Assembly: GCA_019057635.1 (NCBI GenBank)
Contig: DXJL01000184.1
Coordinates: 1-28,556, forward strand
From: Candidatus Heimdallarchaeota archaeon
GTDB taxonomy: Archaea > Asgardarchaeota > Heimdallarchaeia > Hodarchaeales > Hodarchaeaceae
Reading direction: 5' to 3'
Length of the DNA: 28,556 nucleotides
Under the pieces are notes generated by a model. It saw only the letters and a program-made list of their open reading frames with translations. It did no database searches and had not been told where the DNA came from. Made by a program: the position numbers and the translations under genes. Below are positions 23,554-28,556 of the stretch, one piece after another. Position 1 is the first letter of the stretch. Each line of letters opens with the position of its first letter.

Positions 23554-24612
23554 ATGTGTCTGATAGATAAGAAACAAATTATCACTTTAGGTATCTTATT
23601 AATTATTATCCAGGGAATAACAGTAATTTGTAAAGGAGATTTAGCCAAGACACTCCAGCAACAAGAGAGTAAATCTAGTTCGTATGATTTGAATATCAAT
23701 TATACAATGGATAAACCAGAGTTAACTTTTAATCGTTTTATTGTCTTGTCTAGACAATGGGATAAGTTATTTCTAAATTTATCCATTCAAAATTTTGGAG
23801 AACCAATTGATACTATCTTAACTACAATCAAAATTAATGGTATCATTACAGATCACGTTTTTTCAAGTAATGAAAGAGAAGGCCTTAAGAATTGTCTTGT
23901 TTATCAGTTTGATCAACCTCAGGCATTGATGATTCCGCTAAATTATTCATATCAAGAAATACTCTCCGTTTCTGTTTCCATGAATCTAGACTCCCTCATA
24001 TCTTGGCGCGAAGTGGAATATAATTTCACAATATTTTCGGCAATTGTTCATGCAGTTGATCTTGTACAACCCCTTAGTGAACAATCTTTGATGATTTTGT
24101 CTAGCAACTTCCAATATGCTCTTCAACCGTCACAAATATCATTTTTTGGTAAAAAAATACTTACAAAAAGTCTACTTCCTGTGGATATTCCTGATAATTT
24201 GTATCTTTCATCAATTCTTGAAATTACTATTAAAGGCGGACAATTTGATTACTTAGCACTTGGAACGGGAAGAAATCATGCCATAGATGGGAATGTTGTA
24301 AGAATAAATTCAACAGTCAATAAAGTCGATCTTGAAAACCAGATTTGGCATATTAATCTCTATATTATCCCGATTATTTCCTCTACTGATGATTATTCTA
24401 CAATAAGTATTTCTATTAGAGCTTATGGCCTTCTGAAGGAAATTAAAACATTAAATAACAATTTAGAGTCGGTTAGTCATCCCATTCCTGGATTTATAAT
24501 GATTCCAGTACTGATCTTCATTCTGTTTGGGATTCCATATTATTATGTCTATCAGGAGGAACTTTCTGAAAAAGACGATCGAATCATAGATTCAGGCTTA
24601 GGAAAAATGTGA
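23554..24612 (+). CDS. Exported, membrane-anchored hypothetical protein
   Basis: N-terminal hydrophobic signal, beta-rich middle with N-glycosylation sequons, C-terminal TM helix (GFIMIPVLIFILFGIPYYY). Confidence 0.8.
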   Translation: MCLIDKKQIITLGILLIIIQGITVICKGDLAKTLQQQESKSSSYDLNINYTMDKPELTFNRFIVLSRQWDKLFLNLSIQNFGEPIDTILTTIKINGIITDHVFSSNEREGLKNCLVYQFDQPQALMIPLNYSYQEILSVSVSMNLDSLISWREVEYNFTIFSAIVHAVDLVQPLSEQSLMILSSNFQYALQPSQISFFGKKILTKSLLPVDIPDNLYLSSILEITIKGGQFDYLALGTGRNHAIDGNVVRINSTVNKVDLENQIWHINLYIIPIISSTDDYSTISISIRAYGLLKEIKTLNNNLESVSHPIPGFIMIPVLIFILFGIPYYYVYQEELSEKDDRIIDSGLGKM

Positions 24613-25061
24613 AGAACCCAGTGAATTCTCATCAACAATCTACGACATTAAGTAAACCAAATGTCTTGATAGGGGATTATTACAAGTGTGTGAGTCTTCT
24701 AATGACTGCTAGAATCGAAGAATGGGTGATTCCCAAAATATTATGGATTGATTTCCGAGTAGTTCCGTTACCTTATTTTTACCATATACTTCGTCGGTAT
24801 AAATCCTTGAAAAATAAGTTTTCTTTTATGGAAATATTGTCAATTGAGGATTATAAACAAATTCTTGGTTCAAATGAGCTTTCAACATACTTGAAAAATG
24901 GATTTTCTTCGCTGATTGTGAATTATCCGCCATTGTGTACTAACAATCATGAAAATTGGACATACCTTAAAAAATTAGCAGTTTCAATGGTCGTTAATGT
25001 TATCGTTTCCAAAGATCTGTTTCCAGCAAACGAATGCACACGCTTTGTAGTTGACTCATAA
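24609..25061 (+). CDS. Hypothetical protein, probable degenerate RecA/Rad51-paralogue fold
   Basis: NVLIG, KILWID, SSLIVN and LKKLAVSMVVNVIVS follow the RecA core order, with no GKT/S. GTGA and TAATG overlaps with its neighbours. Confidence 0.55.
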   Translation: MKNPVNSHQQSTTLSKPNVLIGDYYKCVSLLMTARIEEWVIPKILWIDFRVVPLPYFYHILRRYKSLKNKFSFMEILSIEDYKQILGSNELSTYLKNGFSSLIVNYPPLCTNNHENWTYLKKLAVSMVVNVIVSKDLFPANECTRFVVDS

Positions 25062-25780
25062 TGGAAACCATTGATAGAGTTAAAAGTCTTCAAGAAATAA
25101 ATGAAGAGCTAGAAAAATCCATTAAAATCACGATGGGTATTGATATTATTGATAATCTTATAGGGGGTCTTATTGCAGGACAAATCCATTCGATTTTAGG
25201 TGAATCGGGAGTCGGAAAATCGTGGTTCTGTCAACAGGCAATTAACTCAATACTCACTAGTGATCGGAATGCGAATGTTATTTATTCGGATTTTTCAGGA
25301 AATATTCGATTTCAGAATCTCAAAAAAACTTTGAATTGTGAAGAATTTCTGGATCAGGTGAATTTTTTCCACCCAAATTCTATTTTAGAGAATATCATCC
25401 TAATTAAAAAAATTGTTGAGGGACAGTATTCGGATATTTCCCTACTAATTTTAGACACAATATTTGGTTCACCTATGCAACTTATTGAGCTTTTTGGCGA
25501 ATCTAAGAAAAAATGGACACGAAATATCTTTTATTTTATGTTAGATCTTAGAAAAATCGCTATTAGAAGAAACATACCTATCATCATTGCTCATCATGCT
25601 TTTTCCGATGCTTCAAAGGAGTTAGCAAGTAAAGATAGATTAATAGATCCTTTTTGTATGACAAAATCAGTATTACATAAATCTAGTAATGGATCCTCAC
25701 TAGATTTCTATATATACAATCAATCTCTTGGATCAACCACTATTAAACTGTATTCGGATAGGGATGAGGATTTAGAATAG
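25061..25780 (+). CDS. RadB/Rad51-paralogue-like RecA-family ATPase
   Basis: ITMGIDIIDNLIGGL, Walker A GESGVGKS, Walker B LLILDT and LRKIAIRRNIPIII; no N-terminal HhH domain. Confidence 0.85.
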   Translation: METIDRVKSLQEINEELEKSIKITMGIDIIDNLIGGLIAGQIHSILGESGVGKSWFCQQAINSILTSDRNANVIYSDFSGNIRFQNLKKTLNCEEFLDQVNFFHPNSILENIILIKKIVEGQYSDISLLILDTIFGSPMQLIELFGESKKKWTRNIFYFMLDLRKIAIRRNIPIIIAHHAFSDASKELASKDRLIDPFCMTKSVLHKSSNGSSLDFYIYNQSLGSTTIKLYSDRDEDLE

Positions 25781-25791
25781 TTAAATCCAGC

Positions 25792-26658
25792 TTAGTAATC
25801 TAGGTCTTCTAGAGAGAGGAAATCAATATCTGCCTTTTTTGTGAATTTTTGCATCGGCTTTTCAGTAGGTAACCAGAAAAAAACTGGTTTCTTTACTTTC
25901 CCACCTTGAGCGATATATCCTACCACAAATAAACCAATAATATATGCTACAAACCATAATGTTCCCAATAGAATGGAGAGAAAAAAATTCTGTGTTCTCC
26001 AAAGGGTATCAAACGTGAAAACAATATACACAATTATAGCATTGTAAAACCAAAATGGTCTAATTTGGAGGTTTATCATCAAAGCATGAATCATAAAATA
26101 CCAATCGTTAATACTAGGCATTAATACCCCAAAAATCACGATAAAGAGGTATAAATGAACCAATCCTCCCACTTGAGAGGAAAGAATTCCCGTATCGGCA
26201 AAGATCAGCGGGGTCACAATCAGATAGCCTAGTAACATTGCAAAAGCAAGTTTATTGGGTGCGAAGGCTACTCGTCTAGCATATTCAAATCGATTAAAAC
26301 CCATAAGTAATCCAGGATTCTCGTCTGAAACATCTATACCTGAAATTAAAGATGCACGGAGACTCCCTGTATCAATAACTGGTTCTTTTTCTCCTAACTC
26401 CTTACGAGATTCAATTTCCTTTAAAATTTGTTTAGCTGTGTACACATGAAGATAGACATGAATCCATCGGAAGGGAAGAAAAAAAATTACTAATATCCTA
26501 CGTAAGAAGGGGAGAAAATAAAGAAAGATTTGGAGCAACAAGTAATAAGAAAATTGTTTTACAAAAAAATCTACAAGATCCTCTCCCTGAACGCCTACAG
26601 TGTACCAATGTATGAAATCACTAAAGCCTTGAACAACAAGATCTAGTAGTTCAACCAT
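25792..26658 (-). CDS. Multi-pass membrane protein, M50/zincin-like peptidase homologue lacking the catalytic Glu
   Basis: FLPFRWIHVYLH (HExxH with E replaced by V), VAFAP and MPSIND; about six or seven TM helices. Confidence 0.65.
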   Translation of the reverse strand: MVELLDLVVQGFSDFIHWYTVGVQGEDLVDFFVKQFSYYLLLQIFLYFLPFLRRILVIFFLPFRWIHVYLHVYTAKQILKEIESRKELGEKEPVIDTGSLRASLISGIDVSDENPGLLMGFNRFEYARRVAFAPNKLAFAMLLGYLIVTPLIFADTGILSSQVGGLVHLYLFIVIFGVLMPSINDWYFMIHALMINLQIRPFWFYNAIIVYIVFTFDTLWRTQNFFLSILLGTLWFVAYIIGLFVVGYIAQGGKVKKPVFFWLPTEKPMQKFTKKADIDFLSLEDLDY

Positions 26659-26770
26659 TAAGAATCATTTCCCCAGTATTCCTCTTATCTTATACAAATA
26701 AAAATATCGTGGACAAAACAAATACTGCTCCAATATTTCTGATGTTAAGTAGGACATTGTACATCCATTT

Positions 26771-27229
26771 TTAAATTATTATTTCAATATCTTCATGTTC
26801 TATCCTGTGAAATAGAGACTTCAATAAACCTCTTGAAAGGAGAAACATAATTTTTTGAATACGATCCTCAGAGGAGGCACCGAAGGTTTGTAAGGTAATT
26901 TTAGAATTCGAAGTAATTCTTAGACCTAATCCAATCAATTCTCGATTTGTTAGGTCTGAGTAATTGATGAACTGAATGAATAAACCACTACTTTCAAGGA
27001 ATTTTTTGTTTTCACTTGTGGATATCATAGTATATGCCTTTATTGTATAGTAAGGTAATAACAATTCTAATTGAGGTAACCTATCTTTGTACAATTGTCT
27101 AACTAACACAAATTCTTCTATAATCCATTCAGACTCGTTAATCAATTTGATATCGTACTTACCCAGTGATAACCCGAAAAATAAGTTGTCATAGATAACT
27201 AAATGGGGATCCTGTAACAAAGTTGTCAT
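26771..27229 (-). CDS. Hypothetical protein
   Basis: 152-aa ATG ORF filling the gap between genes, with a GAGGA upstream; no recognisable motif. Confidence 0.65.
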   Translation of the reverse strand: MTTLLQDPHLVIYDNLFFGLSLGKYDIKLINESEWIIEEFVLVRQLYKDRLPQLELLLPYYTIKAYTMISTSENKKFLESSGLFIQFINYSDLTNRELIGLGLRITSNSKITLQTFGASSEDRIQKIMFLLSRGLLKSLFHRIEHEDIEIII

Positions 27230-27352
27230 CCTAATAAATCCTCAAAGACTATGAGTTCCTCTAATACTGATTATATTCAGAGCATATATACTCAAAATTA
27301 AACCAGAAAACGTGATGCTTATAACAATGGATCCGCACTCTAGAAATGAAAG

Positions 27353-27658
27353 GTGGCCTTCTTGGGAAATGAGACCAACAATTTAGCATTCAAACCATGT
27401 TCCGCATTAATTGCCACACTTGGCAAATCCCTTTCTTATTGCGCTACATATCATGAGTGGATAAGTAAATGCCCAAATCAGTGCGTTTATTTTAGTGAAG
27501 GTGTAGTTGGAAACCTAGAAGAAGTGGAGCAGAAAAAATATAATTTAGAATGTCTTTATTTTACAAGAACTAGTACAGATAGGTCAATTTTTCACTGTAC
27601 ATTATTCAATCAAGATAATCCGTTTTGTGAATCATGCCAATATGCTAAGGTAGAGTAA
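27353..27658 (+). CDS. Small Cys8 putative metal-binding protein (paralogue of 2627..2953)
   Basis: The pattern PC...C-x9-CP-x2-C-x-YF...EC-x-YF...C...CxxC is shared with the ORF at 2627..2953. Confidence 0.8.
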   Translation: MAFLGNETNNLAFKPCSALIATLGKSLSYCATYHEWISKCPNQCVYFSEGVVGNLEEVEQKKYNLECLYFTRTSTDRSIFHCTLFNQDNPFCESCQYAKVE

Positions 27659-28556
27659 TTTCTTCCGCCTTTTCAAGTGTTATATCAGTTGAAATCCTTT
27701 CTTTGGTCTTAAAGTATCGTTTTTCGTATTCTATCAATTTAGATAGCTTGAGAGAAACAATTGTATGAACTGTGTGCTCTAACGCTTCTTCAGCATCAAG
27801 CTTGACCCATGGAATACTCTTATTATTGACGCGTTCGACACTTAAATAGGGTAACAATGAATTAAAGCTAGGACGAAATGGTAGTTGAAATTCATATGTT
27901 TGTTCTGCCCCTAAAAACCATACTCGTTCATGGACTAGTCGATTTTTTTTATCAGACAATGTTATACAAAGGGGAATATGCTCCATTTGAGGAGGGAGAG
28001 CTGAAACTCTAAGTGAAGCGGAAAATTCTCTTTTCCCAAGCTTTGAAACCTGCAGTTCACAATGCCACTCAGGAGCGGGTTCTTTGTTTAACCATCGGTT
28101 GAAGAAGTATTTTAACTGTGAGAAATATTCATCTGGCCAAGTATCCCGAATCCCACCAGATGGTAGAAGAGCATCTTCAAGCCAAAGCTGCTTAGGTTTA
28201 TATAAGGATGTAAAAATTTTGAAAATATTCTTGTTAGGCATATTTTTATGATCAAAAACTGATATTTGGAACGTAGGACAGGAATGGAGCATGGAGAGAG
28301 AATATTTTAGATTCCATCGTGTTCTCCACGTGAAAGGCCACAAAATCAAACGGGTTAAGAATCTTAAGAGAGAGACACCAAAACCCGCATAGGGTAATTT
28401 ACGAGCAATTAGAATATTTAACGAAACAGGTCCATTTTCGAGAATGACAGCTCGGATCGGTTGATCTTTTACTAAGGTACTTACTAATAGTGTGCTGAAT
28501 GATTGGCTGTACACAGCAATTTTCCGTTTATTAAGATTATCACGTAAGATGAGGTA
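27645..28556 (-). CDS. Alpha/beta-hydrolase-fold protein with C-terminal beta domain, 5'-truncated by the window edge, degenerate active site
   Basis: The frame stays open to the window end (YLILRDNLNKRKIAVYSQSFS). Elbow-like SQSFS, then IRAVILENGP, PTFQI, PKQLWL and YFFNRWL. Confidence 0.65.
   Translation of the reverse strand, partial: YLILRDNLNKRKIAVYSQSFSTLLVSTLVKDQPIRAVILENGPVSLNILIARKLPYAGFGVSLLRFLTRLILWPFTWRTRWNLKYSLSMLHSCPTFQISVFDHKNMPNKNIFKIFTSLYKPKQLWLEDALLPSGGIRDTWPDEYFSQLKYFFNRWLNKEPAPEWHCELQVSKLGKREFSASLRVSALPPQMEHIPLCITLSDKKNRLVHERVWFLGAEQTYEFQLPFRPSFNSLLPYLSVERVNNKSIPWVKLDAEEALEHTVHTIVSLKLSKLIEYEKRYFKTKERISTDITLEKAEEITLP

Noticed and set aside
25061-25780. Assigning the symbol radB or kaiC
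   Set aside because: It lacks the RadB C-terminal KHR motif and the KaiC-type EE and KxR signatures, so it is left as a RadB/Rad51-paralogue-like ATPase.
2161-26449. Short alternative ORFs in the track (e.g. 2161+, 2871-, 3163+, 5265-, 7593-, 8129+, 9230-, 9472-, 11615-, 12230-, 12847+, 13757-, 15389+, 17817+, 17822+, 17853-, 18711-, 21696-, 21783+, 26255+)
   Set aside because: All lie within or largely overlap well-supported genes on the opposite strand or in another frame, and have no motifs; treated as shadow ORFs.
1-28556. Provirus, plasmid or integrative element
   Set aside because: No integrase, transposase, relaxase, capsid, terminase or att-like flanking repeats were recognised; the content looks chromosomal.

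Overview
This is an AT-rich archaeal chromosomal segment: it has RadA, XPD and Hef-type genes, TATA-box promoters and oligo-T terminators. The tandem Lrp regulator, HEAT protein and large Ig-repeat surface protein suggest an Asgard/Heimdallarchaeia-like host, but that is inference only. The left part holds a truncated MBL-fold hydrolase, a double Lrp/AsnC regulator, a GC-rich structured intergenic element, and a luxE-luxC-like fatty-acid reductase pair followed by a Cys-rich protein and a HEAT protein. From 6 to 26 kb there is a dense DNA repair/recombination neighbourhood. It contains an Hrq1/MrfA-type helicase with an extra TPR-like N-terminus, an MmcB-like nuclease, a Hef/FANCM-like pseudo-helicase, an FeS XPD helicase, a HerA/VirB4-like pseudo-ATPase and an atypical RadA. 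Divergent from radA is a tightly coupled operon of a 1604-aa surface protein, two membrane proteins and two Rad51/RadB-like paralogues, one apparently catalytically dead. A 15-bp promoter motif recurs upstream of radA and other genes. The best candidate for a new system is a co-regulated cell-surface plus recombination (DNA exchange/repair) locus rich in pseudoenzymes. All family assignments come from motif recognition by eye, not database searches. No tRNA, rRNA, CRISPR array, integrase or transposase was seen.
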